The notes under the pieces were generated by a model, which was given only the letters and a program-made list of their open reading frames with translations, ran no database searches and had not been told where the DNA came from. The position numbers were made by a program, and so were the translations under genes. Shown here piece by piece: positions 9,208 through 18,353 of a DNA stretch of 32,000 nucleotides (its first letter is position 1; each line of letters opens with the position of its first letter). Source of the stretch: Synechococcus elongatus PCC 6301 (GTDB taxonomy: Bacteria > Cyanobacteriota > Cyanobacteriia > Synechococcales > Synechococcaceae); the NCBI RefSeq assembly GCF_000010065.1, contig NC_006576.1, positions 1,380,001 through 1,412,000 of the forward strand, read 5' to 3'.

Positions 9208-9723
9208 TCAGATTTTGACAAAGAAGTAGGCACCGATCGCTAGCACAATCAGCACCACAATCGGAACTGCGATCGCGGCCATGCCATTGTGACTGCGAAC
9301 GACTCGCGACTCATGTTGGATGACGGCTTCCCGAATGCGGGTATTCATCTCCTCGCGAAGGCGAGCGAGATCGGACTCCAAACTATCGTTGCTATAGATC
9401 CGCTTGAGGTGATCAAAGACGGATTTTCCGAGAACCAAACTATCCTCGGGACGGTTGAACAAAATATCGAGAATTTCATCGCGTTCAAAGCTGATCAACA
9501 GACAGTCACTGGCTGCTTTAGCAGAGAGACTGCGAGGCCGACCATCGATCAATTCCACTTCCCCAAAGACCCGACCTGGGCCCAGGATTTCCTCGGTGGC
9601 TTCACCTGTTTCCGGGTAGAGGCTTGTCAGGGTCACTTGGCCCGACTTAACCAGATAGAGCTGATCGCTCACATCCCCAGAGTTATAAACGGCTTCTCCT
9701 GCTGCAAACTGACGCTTTTCCAT
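9208..9723 (-). CDS. Cyclic-nucleotide-binding-domain protein with C-terminal TM helix, no HTH (paralog of 8328..8867)
   Basis: VFGEVELIDGRPRSLSAKAASDC. C-terminal TM MAAIAVPIVVLIVLAIGAYFFVKI. Confidence 0.84.
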   Translation of the reverse strand: MEKRQFAAGEAVYNSGDVSDQLYLVKSGQVTLTSLYPETGEATEEILGPGRVFGEVELIDGRPRSLSAKAASDCLLISFERDEILDILFNRPEDSLVLGKSVFDHLKRIYSNDSLESDLARLREEMNTRIREAVIQHESRVVRSHNGMAAIAVPIVVLIVLAIGAYFFVKI

Positions 9724-9797
9724 CGTTCAGAAAAATGAATCGTGAAGGCTTACTGAGTACCGAGGACCAGCAACCGGCAGTTGCAGGAACGCGACAC

Positions 9798-9803
9798 TAT
9801 AAT
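9798..9803 (+). promoter_or_regulatory. Possible -10 box (TATAAT) for the alpha/beta hydrolase gene
   Basis: Perfect TATAAT 18 nt before ATG 9822. No clear -35 at canonical spacing was identified. Confidence 0.35.
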
Positions 9804-9821
9804 GCGGCATTCCCCTTGGAG

Positions 9822-10727
9822 ATGGTAGTCGTGGTTCTGGCAGCACACGATCCAATCGATCGCTTCTGGGATTGGCAAGGGCAGTCCATTCGCTATTGGC
9901 AGCTTGGCGATCGCGGAGCCCCAGTCTTGCTCGTTCATGGCTTCGGAGCCTGTTGCGAACATTGGCGCCAGAATGTCGAGGCGATCGCGCAGCACTCTAC
10001 GGTCTATGTAATTGACCTGTTGGGGTTTGGGCAATCAGCCAAACCAGACCCGATCGCGGTGAACTATGGCATTGAGCTGTGGGCACAGCAGATTGAAGCG
10101 TTTCGGCAAGCAGTGATTGGGCAGCCGACTCGTTTGATCGCCAACTCGATCGGCTGTGTGGTTGCCTTGCAAGCGGCCGTTGACCAGCCAGAGGGGTATG
10201 CGGCCCTGCTGTTGATTGACTGTGCCCTGCGGCAGATTGACGACAAGAAATTGGCTCAGCAGCCCTTGGGTCGTCGCCTCGGTCGGCCCTTACTCAAGGC
10301 TGCAGTACGGCAGCGCGGTCTTTCCAATTGGCTCTATCGCCAGCTCGCCAAACCCTCGATCATTGAGCGCATCCTTAAACTGGCCTACCCCAGCAGTGAA
10401 CGCATTGATCCAGCGCTGGTGGAAGCCCTCTATGCGGCGACCCAATCACCTGGCGCAGCGGGCGTGTTTTGGGCTTTCATCAATTTGTTTGATGCGCCCT
10501 TAGCTGAGCAGTTGCTGCCCCAAGTGCAAGCACCAGTGACGTTCTTCTGGGGCGATCGCGATCCTTGGGAGCCGATCGCGCTTGGACGTCAGCTCGCAGA
10601 TTTTCCTAGTGTGAAAGCCTTCGTGCCGCTGGCAGGTTTGGGGCATTGTCCCCACGATGAAGCACCCAAGCAGGTCAATCCCCAGATCGTGGCGTGGTTG
10701 CAGGAGGGAGTAGCTGCAGCAGGCTAA
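9822..10727 (+). CDS. Alpha/beta fold hydrolase
   Basis: GAPVLLVHGFGACCEHWRQN...VYVIDLLGFGQS...LIANSIGCVVALQAA...GLGHCPHDEAPKQVN. ATG 9822 preferred over the track start at 9735. Confidence 0.85.
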   Translation: MVVVVLAAHDPIDRFWDWQGQSIRYWQLGDRGAPVLLVHGFGACCEHWRQNVEAIAQHSTVYVIDLLGFGQSAKPDPIAVNYGIELWAQQIEAFRQAVIGQPTRLIANSIGCVVALQAAVDQPEGYAALLLIDCALRQIDDKKLAQQPLGRRLGRPLLKAAVRQRGLSNWLYRQLAKPSIIERILKLAYPSSERIDPALVEALYAATQSPGAAGVFWAFINLFDAPLAEQLLPQVQAPVTFFWGDRDPWEPIALGRQLADFPSVKAFVPLAGLGHCPHDEAPKQVNPQIVAWLQEGVAAAG

Positions 10728-10830
10728 CTCACGCACGGCTTTGCAGCCGGGTCGGTGGACAGGGCACCAACAGTCCAAAATTGGGCCTGTGAGAGAATGA
10801 AGTCTAGATGTCCCAGGAAGACTGGCAGCA

Positions 10831-11256
10831 ATGGGCAAAGCGAAACAGCTAATTTTGCTAGCAGAAGATCAGTTGACGGAATACAGCACTGAAGCTCGCA
10901 AAATTGAAAAGTTGCGCCGCAAGCTCGGGTTTATTGTTCCCTATCCGCAACAAGCTGCGATGCGGGAAGAGATTCTGGCAGAATTGCCCAAAAACTTCTT
11001 GGCGAGAGCAGTCGAAGAAAATCGCCAGAACTTTGCTTTGCCTCTATGGGGAATTGGCGGACTCGGCTTGCTGTTTGGGATTTCTAGCCAGCAGCCCCTC
11101 GACTTTATTGCAACCGTTGTCGGTTTTTATGGAGCCTATCGCATTCAGAAATGGGGTTGGGAAATGCAGGCGAAACGACTAGTGATCAAAACGATTGACA
11201 GTATTGAAGTAGAAGTTCAAGCCAGCCGTTCTGAAGCTGCAACTAAAAATCAGTAA
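10831..11256 (+). CDS. Hypothetical protein with two predicted TM segments, 141 aa
   Basis: Complete ORF with ATG. Central hydrophobic region LPLWGIGGLGLLFGISSQQPLDFIATVVGFYGAY. Confidence 0.6.
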   Translation: MGKAKQLILLAEDQLTEYSTEARKIEKLRRKLGFIVPYPQQAAMREEILAELPKNFLARAVEENRQNFALPLWGIGGLGLLFGISSQQPLDFIATVVGFYGAYRIQKWGWEMQAKRLVIKTIDSIEVEVQASRSEAATKNQ

Positions 11257-11543
11257 GCGATCGCTGTTTTCTCATTCCAGCGAATGAACTGGAATAGCAT
11301 CTCAAGCAACTATTGATGAGGATCCCTCGTTCATCGATAAGCTGCATCATTCAAGTCTCTTTTACTCCAGATCACTAGTGAAAGAGAGCAAGCTTGATCG
11401 CGACTTGAATAAGATTGCGCTCTCTAACAGTTCGCATCAATTCCCAGAATTTCCTCGAATTTGTGGATTCAGTAAGGGTTGATTGTTTGCTTTTGTGCAA
11501 ATGCAAGGAAGGAATGAGTATTTTCTGCTGCGCAAATGAAAAT

Positions 11544-11563
11544 TTTCGCTTGCGCAAGCGAAA
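11544..11563. repeat. Perfect 20-bp palindrome TTTCGCTTGCGCAAGCGAAA upstream of aroA
   Basis: Read directly. Immediately followed by a second perfect inverted repeat GGCGAT-A-ATCGCC (11564..11576). Confidence 0.85.
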
Positions 11564-11599
11564 GGCGATAATCGCCTAGGCACTCGTCTTGGAATTGGC

Positions 11600-12946
11600 A
11601 TGGCTCAGCCGTTCGTCTTGCTCCCTACTGAGGATTCTCATCAGACCTTGCGGATCCAGCCCCCCAGCACTGGGATCGGCTTACGGGGTCGAATTCGGGT
11701 GCCAGGCGACAAGTCCATTTCCCACCGAGCCTTGATGTTGGGGGCGATCGCCTCAGGTGAAACCACGATCGAAGGCTTGCTGCTGGGGGAAGACCCACTC
11801 AGCACGGCGGCTTGCTTTCGGGCGATGGGCGCTGAAATTTCGGAGCTGAACTCCGAGTTGGTGCGGGTTAAAGGCATTGGTCTCCAAAATCTGCAGGAGC
11901 CCCTCGACGTTCTCAATGCGGGCAATAGCGGCACCACAATTCGCCTGATGATGGGCTTACTCGCCGGTCAGCGCGATCGCTTTTTCTGCGTGACAGGCGA
12001 TGAGTCGCTGCGCAGTCGACCAATGGCTCGGGTCATTCAGCCGCTCAGCCAAATGGGAGCCGAAATTCGTGGGCGGCAGGGCAATACGCGTGCACCGCTG
12101 GCGATTTCGGGGCGATCGCTGCAACCGATTCGCTACGTTTCCCCGATCGCCTCTGCCCAAGTGAAGTCGAGCATTTTGCTGGCGGGGTTGACCTGTGAAG
12201 GCCAAACCACCGTAGTGGAACCGGCACTCTCGCGAGATCACAGCGAGCGGATGTTCCGCGCCTTTGGAGCAAAGCTGACAGTCAACCCCGAGGAGATTAG
12301 CGTCACGGTGGAAGGCCCAGCGGAACTGACAGGTCAGCCGGTAGTCGTGCCCGGAGATATCAGCTCCGCTGCTTTTTGGTTGGTCGCAGCCGCGATCGTG
12401 CCGGACTCGGATTTGCTGATTGAGAATGTCGGCGTCAATCCCACCCGCACGGGCATCCTTGAAGCCCTGCAACAGATGGAAGCCCAGATCACGCTGGAAA
12501 ATGAGCGAATTGTGGCAGGCGAACCCGTCGCCGATTTACGCGTGCGCAGCAGCAATCTACAGGCAATCGAAATCGGCGGATCGCTGATCCCCCGCTTGAT
12601 TGATGAGGTACCGATTCTGGCGGTAGCGGCAGCCTTTGCCAAGGGCACCACGATTATTCGAGATGCCGAAGAACTGCGGGTAAAAGAGAGCGATCGCATT
12701 GCGGTGATGGCCAGTGAGCTGGGCCGCATGGGCGCAACGATCTCGGAGCGACCGGATGGCCTAGAAATTACTGGCGGTGCTGCTCTCACTGGGGCCACAG
12801 TCGATAGCTATACCGATCACCGGATTGCTATGAGCTTGGCGATCGCGGCCTTGCAAGCAAAGGGTCAAACTCAGATCCAGCAAGCTGAAGCAGCAGCAGT
12901 TTCCTATCCAGATTTTGTGCCGACCTTGCAACAGCTTTTGGGATAG
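11600..12946 (+). CDS. aroA: 3-phosphoshikimate 1-carboxyvinyltransferase (EPSP synthase)
   Basis: [71 protein letters not shown]. Confidence 0.97.
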
Positions 12947-12953
12947 ACAGCCT

Positions 12954-13478
12954 GTGTTCGAAGGAATCATCCGTCCGGCGATCGCAGCGGATTGGCCTGC
13001 CATTTGGGCAATTCTGGAGCCGATTTTTCGGGCGGGGGAAACCTATCCCTACCCCCCCGACATTTCGGAAACCGAAGCTCAAACAGTCTGGATGACGGTG
13101 CCGACCCAGACCTTTGTCTTTGAGTCAGGCGATCGCCAAATTCTAGGAACCTACTACCTCAAACCCAATCAACCCGGACTGGGTTCTCACGTTTGCAACT
13201 GCGGCTTTGCTGTGGCTGCCGCTGCACGCGGGCAAGGGGTTGGCAAAACCCTGGGACTGCACGCGCTGCAAGTGGCGTCCTCTTTCGGCTTTCGAGCGAT
13301 GCAATTCAATCTCGTGGTTGCGACGAATACCCCCTCGATTCAGCTCTGGCAACAGTTGGGGTTCACTACGATCGGTCGACTACCGCAAGCGTTTCGTCAC
13401 CCCCAACAAGGCTGGGTCGATGCGCTGATTTTCTACAAGTTGCTTGAGGAGCCAGTCGAAGCGGCAATCCCCGATTGA
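12954..13478 (+). CDS. GNAT-family N-acetyltransferase
   Basis: IRPAIAADWPAIWAILEPIF...FAVAAAARGQGVGKTLGLHAL...FNLVVATNTPSIQLWQQLGFTTIGRLPQAF. GTG 12954 start is more plausible than the track start at 12915. Confidence 0.85.
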   Translation: MFEGIIRPAIAADWPAIWAILEPIFRAGETYPYPPDISETEAQTVWMTVPTQTFVFESGDRQILGTYYLKPNQPGLGSHVCNCGFAVAAAARGQGVGKTLGLHALQVASSFGFRAMQFNLVVATNTPSIQLWQQLGFTTIGRLPQAFRHPQQGWVDALIFYKLLEEPVEAAIPD

Positions 13479-13575
13479 GCGATCGCCTCACATTTGATTG
13501 CAGATGGTTTGTTCTGAAGTTGGTCACTGCTAGAAGCAAAAGAGAAGGTGACCCAGCGAACTTGAGGCACGACCC

Positions 13576-14622
13576 ATGATTCAGGTGCGATCGTCTTGGT
13601 GGGTGACGACGCGCTGGGGCTGTGCCCAAGCCTCCACGAGCCTGACTGCAGCGGCAGCGGGTTGGCTGCTGAGTGGTTTGACCGCTTCGCCCTTGATCAA
13701 CGCGACGCTACCAGTCTTGCTGTTACTGCCCGTGCTGCTGCCATTACCTTTGGCCGTCAGTGCTGGCTATGGCCTGCAATGGCTCTCCCTGCTGTTGCTG
13801 CTAGCAACTGCACTCAAGCTAGTGGCCGGTGTGTTCTGGGTATTGGTCGCTATGCTGCTCCTCAGTATGGGACGTCAGCTGAGCCGTCTCCCCCTCGAAG
13901 AACACTTTCTGCAGCAGTATCCAATTCCCCGCAAAACCCTCAACATTGGGACGGAACTGGGGCAGATTGCCGGTAACTTCTTAGCGGGTTTTTTGTTTCC
14001 GCTGGGGCAGGCAACACTGCAATTTCTGCAAGCGCTCATCTTACTCCTACCGATCGCGCCAACTATCCGCAAGGCCCAGCACCAGACTCGTTCAGCACCT
14101 CGGCCTCAGGTGTCCTTCTCTGGGCGATCGCTCCTGCAAGGTCTATTGTTTGGTGCTTTGTTTGCTCTGCTCCCCCTCTGGGTTCGGCAAGTGGCGGCAG
14201 GTCAGTGCCTCGACTTTGGGTTAGCTTTGACGGTCTACGGCCTTGGCCGAATCCTGATGACTTGGCTACCCAGCGTACCGATCTGGATGCCGTATATCGG
14301 CCTCGCCAGCATTCTTGGACTGTTGCCAAGCCTGCCCGGTTGGCTAGCGATCGCTGGTTTTCTGCCGCTGGGTATTCTCGCGGCACGGGCCGACTTTAGC
14401 TTGGTCGATCGTCTCACGGGAGCTTCGGAAAGCGATCGCTGGCAACAATTCCTGCGATTTGGAGCACTGGGTGGTGTGTTGGGAAGCCTCAGCATCGGTG
14501 GTCTGGCACAGGTGCTGGGTCTAACGCGATCGCTGCCGCTCTTGGCGATCGCTTTTGTCCTCACCGGTCTCTATTTCAGCCACAGCCTGCCGCGATCGCC
14601 CCATCCAACCAATCCGGAATAA
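13576..14622 (+). CDS. Polytopic membrane protein of unknown function
   Basis: 348-aa ORF with about 9-10 hydrophobic segments. No family motif recognised. Confidence 0.6.
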   Translation: MIQVRSSWWVTTRWGCAQASTSLTAAAAGWLLSGLTASPLINATLPVLLLLPVLLPLPLAVSAGYGLQWLSLLLLLATALKLVAGVFWVLVAMLLLSMGRQLSRLPLEEHFLQQYPIPRKTLNIGTELGQIAGNFLAGFLFPLGQATLQFLQALILLLPIAPTIRKAQHQTRSAPRPQVSFSGRSLLQGLLFGALFALLPLWVRQVAAGQCLDFGLALTVYGLGRILMTWLPSVPIWMPYIGLASILGLLPSLPGWLAIAGFLPLGILAARADFSLVDRLTGASESDRWQQFLRFGALGGVLGSLSIGGLAQVLGLTRSLPLLAIAFVLTGLYFSHSLPRSPHPTNPE

Positions 14623-14663
14623 TTGCGATCGCAGCCGATGGCTGGACCTGATCACTCACAGTT

Positions 14664-15236
14664 CTAGAGGCGAGCGCATTGATCCTCTTTATCGCCGCGC
14701 ACAACATTGCCGCTACCCGTAGGGCTGGGCGTGTTGCTCTTGCATTGCAAGTTGCCATCGATCGTATTGCGCTGAGTGACCAAGCCACCACGGTTCTGAA
14801 AGGCTTGTAAATTGCCACCAATCCGATTCTGATCAGCAACTAAACGACCCGAATTAGATTCCAACTGCAGATCGCCTTCGATCCGAGTATTCACCACTCG
14901 AGCGTTTGAGCCTTGTTTGATTTGAATATTGCCACCAATAACTGAGCCTTGTGAGACTTCAATATTTCTCGCCCGATCCGCTTGAATATCACCTTCAACT
15001 TGGACTCGATTGGCTTTCAGATTCGCTTGGGATTCAACTTTAATATTGCCTTGAACACGAGTACCATTGAGGGTACAGGTTTTCCCTGTCGGCACCTTCA
15101 GATTATCCACAGTGACTGCGCCGAGCGATCCTTGGCAAACGCGCTCACCCGCCCAAGAGAAGGGTGCTGAAAGGGCAACGAAACTGATCGCAGCCGTTGC
15201 GGCTAAACTAACGCGAGCTATCTGCATGTCTAGCAT
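14664..15236 (-). CDS. Secreted protein with repetitive, probably beta-solenoid, fold
   Basis: Signal peptide (SFVALSAPFSWAG) followed by repeated G-N-I/L-Q/K rungs: VQGNIKVESQ...VEGDIQADR...IGGNIQIKQ...IEGDLQLES...IGGNLQAFQ...IDGNLQCKS. Confidence 0.65.
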   Translation of the reverse strand: MLDMQIARVSLAATAAISFVALSAPFSWAGERVCQGSLGAVTVDNLKVPTGKTCTLNGTRVQGNIKVESQANLKANRVQVEGDIQADRARNIEVSQGSVIGGNIQIKQGSNARVVNTRIEGDLQLESNSGRLVADQNRIGGNLQAFQNRGGLVTQRNTIDGNLQCKSNTPSPTGSGNVVRGDKEDQCARL

Positions 15237-15340
15237 CCTGGTATCTCTTTTGTAGAGACTGCGATCGCCCTAGGGAAGTTCCAAAGGCATCTGTCATCAA
15301 TGAAGGTGAAGAGAGCAGTAGAGGGTGCTAAGCAATCGCG

Positions 15341-15601
15341 TTAGAAATGCGCCCGCACCGTGAAGCTATAATCGCCCCCTGGCTCTAGTCGATAGTCTTG
15401 TTGGCAGAGAAACCGTAGCAAGGCATCCCGAATCAGCGATCGCCCCAAGGACGGCTCAACCGTGAGTTCACCTTCGCGAAAGCGCCAGATAAATGACCAT
15501 TCAAAAGTGGCCGCCCGAACTTCACCATCCAAACAACCTTCTTCCCACGACTGACGCGTAATGCGGACATGGGCAGTGGTGGCAGGCAGACGCTTCGCCA
15601 T
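15341..15601 (-). CDS. Small conserved cyanobacterial protein, DUF3146-like
   Basis: MAKRLPATTAHVRITRQSWEEGCLDGEVRAATFEWSFIWRFREGELTVEPSLGRSLI. Family name recalled, not searched. Confidence 0.6.
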   Translation of the reverse strand: MAKRLPATTAHVRITRQSWEEGCLDGEVRAATFEWSFIWRFREGELTVEPSLGRSLIRDALLRFLCQQDYRLEPGGDYSFTVRAHF

Positions 15602-15629
15602 GGTTGGACAGATGCAATCAGAACAATCC

Positions 15630-16256
15630 CTAGGCCACGGGAGCTGGCGCTTCTAGGCTGCGGGCATTGTAGCGATTCATCGCCGTCTCCACACCCGATC
15701 GCAGCGCCGTTTCTGTAGCTTCCTGCGCCAGATCTAGCACCTGCTTCAGCAGAGATTGTTCACTGACAGCAAACTTGCCAAGCACATGGGAAACCGTGGC
15801 ATCGTGGCGATCGTTTGACTGCGATCGCGGCAGGCTGATCCCGAGTCGAAGGCGCGGAAAGTCTTTGCTGCTGAGGTGCGAAATAATCGACTTCATACCG
15901 TTGTGGGTCCCAGCAGAACCCGACTGCCGCAGCCGCAGGCGTCCCAGTGGCAGATCCATGTCGTCGTAGATCACCAGAATCTGCTGAGGTGTCAGCTTGT
16001 ACCAATCCAGCACCGCCCGCAGCGATCGCCCCGACTGGTTCATAAACGTCGTGGGCTTGAGCAGACGAATTTTGCCAAGGCCGGGCACGGCCGTTTCGCC
16101 GTACTCACCCTGAAACTTCCGGTCTTCGCTGAGCTTGACACCCCAATCCTGCGCGAGGCGATCGATCAGCATGAAGCCAATATTGTGTCGGGTCTCTGCG
16201 TACTTCTGACCCGGATTGCCCAAGCCCACAAGCAGCGTTGGACGGTCTTCACTCAC
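15630..16256 (-). CDS. pth: Peptidyl-tRNA hydrolase
   Basis: LLVGLGNPGQKYAETRHNIGFMLIDRLA, KPTTFMNQSGRSL, VIYDDMDLPLGRLRLRQSGSAGTHNGMKSI. Confidence 0.96.
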   Translation of the reverse strand: MSEDRPTLLVGLGNPGQKYAETRHNIGFMLIDRLAQDWGVKLSEDRKFQGEYGETAVPGLGKIRLLKPTTFMNQSGRSLRAVLDWYKLTPQQILVIYDDMDLPLGRLRLRQSGSAGTHNGMKSIISHLSSKDFPRLRLGISLPRSQSNDRHDATVSHVLGKFAVSEQSLLKQVLDLAQEATETALRSGVETAMNRYNARSLEAPAPVA

Positions 16257-16528
16257 ACCTGCGTCTCCGTTTGTTTCTCGACAGTGACCGCTTCGGTAGG
16301 AGCCGAATCTAAGACTGGGGGTTCTACCGTTGCTTCTGCTGGCGTGGCAGGGGTGCGATCGATCTCGCGCTTGATCTCCGACTCAAATTCCCGTGATGCA
16401 TCTTGGAAGCCCCGCAACGCCTTTCCTAGACTGCGACCAATTTCGGGCAGCTTTTTGGGGCCAAACACCAACAGGGCGATCGCTAGGATCACCAGCATTT
16501 CAGGCAGACCAATACCGAAAAAGTTCAT
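16253..16528 (-). CDS. tatA: Sec-independent protein translocase TatA/E family
   Basis: MNFFGIGLPEMLVILAIALLVFGPKKLPEIGRSLGKALRGFQDASREF. Overlaps pth by 4 nt. Confidence 0.93.
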   Translation of the reverse strand: MNFFGIGLPEMLVILAIALLVFGPKKLPEIGRSLGKALRGFQDASREFESEIKREIDRTPATPAEATVEPPVLDSAPTEAVTVEKQTETQV

Positions 16529-16566
16529 GGCAGCACACCGGGGAAAAGAGCGAACTGGGCTTCAGA

Positions 16567-16594
16567 CACAAACGCCCCCGACAGAGCGGGGGCG
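16567..16594 (-). terminator. Strong GC hairpin downstream of psbH
   Basis: Plus strand CGCCCCCG-ACAGAG-CGGGGGCG (16573..16594), a perfect 8-bp stem. On the minus strand it is followed by TTTGTG. Confidence 0.6.
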
Positions 16595-16621
16595 CAGCAG
16601 ATCAAGGCGATCGTGCCGGCC

Positions 16622-16825
16622 TTAGAGACCGAGACTCCGCCAGTCGACCTTGAAGGTATCGAGCACGAGTGACGAGTTGTAGATCTGCAGAATGATCAGC
16701 AGAAACACAAAGAACAGCAGCATGAACACGCCCATCACTGGGGTCGTTCCCCAGCCGGGTGCCACTTTGCCATATTCCGAGTTGAGCGGGCGGAGGATAT
16801 CTCCAAGTCGGGTCCGCTGTGCCAT
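16622..16825 (-). CDS. psbH: Photosystem II protein PsbH
   Basis: [67 protein letters not shown]. Confidence 0.97.
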   Translation of the reverse strand: MAQRTRLGDILRPLNSEYGKVAPGWGTTPVMGVFMLLFFVFLLIILQIYNSSLVLDTFKVDWRSLGL

Positions 16826-16923
16826 GACTTACCTATCTCCAGGGCAATATTCTGGACGGCTTTTGCGATAGTGATATCATACCGCTCCCGGTTCCCCACC
16901 TCGAGCTCTCCCCCCAAGACAAA

Positions 16924-17064
16924 ATGATGGAAGCTTCTCCTGGTCTTTCGATCGCCATCACCTTCGCGGTGATTTTGCTGGCGCTGACTGGTTTTTCGAT
17001 TTACACCTCTTTCGGACCTCCCTCCAAACAGCTAGAGGATCCGTTTGAAGATCACGAAGACTAG
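16924..17064 (+). CDS. psbN: PsbN, 46 aa (or 45 aa from ATG 16927)
   Basis: Not in ORF track. Translation MMEASPGLSIAITFAVILLALTGFSIYTSFGPPSKQLEDPFEDHED*. Divergent from psbH, the expected arrangement. Confidence 0.95.
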   Translation: MMEASPGLSIAITFAVILLALTGFSIYTSFGPPSKQLEDPFEDHED

Positions 17065-17079
17065 AAGAGGCGGCCAAGG

Positions 17080-17490
17080 TTGGTACAGATTGCACTCAAT
17101 GCCGCCTTGCAGTCCCTCGTCGAACAGCATCTGCCTCGCTGGCGCTACCTAGCCAACGAGGCTTGGCCGGCCGACGCAGAAAGTTGCTGCTTTTGGGCCG
17201 TTCAAGGCCACAGCAGTAGCTGGGGGATGGCAACCACACCGCTCTGGGCGACTCAAGCAGTCAGTTTTGGTCAAGAACAGGGCATATTCCTCGCCTGTGG
17301 GTGCTGGGGAGAATCGATCTGGGAATGTCGCTACGATCCCCAGCAGCAAACGCTGTACTGGCGTCGCGATGACGGTTTTGAACCCGCAGCCCACGAGCTA
17401 AACTGGCCCGATCGCGAACGGATTGAAGCCATCCTGCGGCAACTTCCGGCGGTGCTAGCAGCCCATCCGATCGCCCCTGCCACGCCCTAG
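17080..17490 (+). CDS. Hypothetical protein, 136 aa
   Basis: Complete ORF with TTG start, 15 nt after psbN and overlapping the 3' end of the opposite-strand epimerase by 4 nt. Start uncertain. Confidence 0.55.
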   Translation: MVQIALNAALQSLVEQHLPRWRYLANEAWPADAESCCFWAVQGHSSSWGMATTPLWATQAVSFGQEQGIFLACGCWGESIWECRYDPQQQTLYWRRDDGFEPAAHELNWPDRERIEAILRQLPAVLAAHPIAPATP

Positions 17491-18353
17491 CGAGGGATCG
17501 GCTCCTCGTGATTTTCTGCCGCCCATATTGCGGCGAGTCCTTCGCGGTAGCTGGGGTAGCGCAGCTGCACACCCAGTTCTTGCTTGAGGCGATCGTTGCG
17601 GACGCGCCGACATTCACTCCAAAAAGAGGCCGCCATTGGGCTGAGCTCCACGGCATCCACAGGCAGCGGCGGCGGCAACTCAACTCCCATTAGCTGGGCG
17701 GCTGCTTCGATCAGGAGGGCTGGCTCACAAGGGAAATCATCGCTGACGTTATAAATCCTGCCTGGATTGGGCTGCTGCAGAGAGGCCCAGAGCGCCGCCG
17801 CAATGTCATCGACATGGATGCGGCAGAAGACGTGCCCAGGTTTAAGCAGGCGCTGATTATCGCCACGGCGCAAACGATCGAAACTACTGCGTCCGGGGCC
17901 ATAGATGCCAGGCAGCCGAAAAATATGAGCAGGTAGGCCACTGGCTAGCCACTGGGCTTCGATCGCAATCCGTTGCTGCGAGCGCCGGTTGGTCGATTGC
18001 AAGGGCGAGTCTTCATCGACCCAAGCACCTTGGGTATCGCCGTAGACGCCGGTCGTTGACAGGTAGCCGCACCACTGCAGCGATAGGTACTGAAGCGTGG
18101 GCAGAAGCGTTGACAGAACTGGATCGCCGCCGTCACCGAGGGGCGGGATCGTGCTCAGCACATGGGTGACGCCTGCCAATGCTGCTGGATCGGGCAACAG
18201 CAGTGGTGTGGAACCAGCGTCGAAGGTCACACAGGGCTCATCGAGCGGCCACTGACCCGATCGCGTGGTGGCGAGGACTGGAATGGATTGTGCAGCGAGG
18301 AGTTGGGCGAGGCGCTGACCAGTGTAGCCGCCGCCGAGAATCAGAACTTTCAT
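17487..18353 (-). CDS. NAD-dependent epimerase/dehydratase (atypical/extended SDR)
   Basis: MKVLILGGGYTGQRLAQLLAAQ Rossmann motif, YLSTTGVYGDTQGAWVDE, IFRLPGIYGPGRS, HVDDIAAAL. Confidence 0.87.
   Translation of the reverse strand: MKVLILGGGYTGQRLAQLLAAQSIPVLATTRSGQWPLDEPCVTFDAGSTPLLLPDPAALAGVTHVLSTIPPLGDGGDPVLSTLLPTLQYLSLQWCGYLSTTGVYGDTQGAWVDEDSPLQSTNRRSQQRIAIEAQWLASGLPAHIFRLPGIYGPGRSSFDRLRRGDNQRLLKPGHVFCRIHVDDIAAALWASLQQPNPGRIYNVSDDFPCEPALLIEAAAQLMGVELPPPLPVDAVELSPMAASFWSECRRVRNDRLKQELGVQLRYPSYREGLAAIWAAENHEEPIPR

Noticed and set aside
9030-9218. 62-aa minus-strand ORF between the cNMP-domain paralogs
   Set aside because: Not protein-like, overlaps the 3' end of the real gene and shows no motif.
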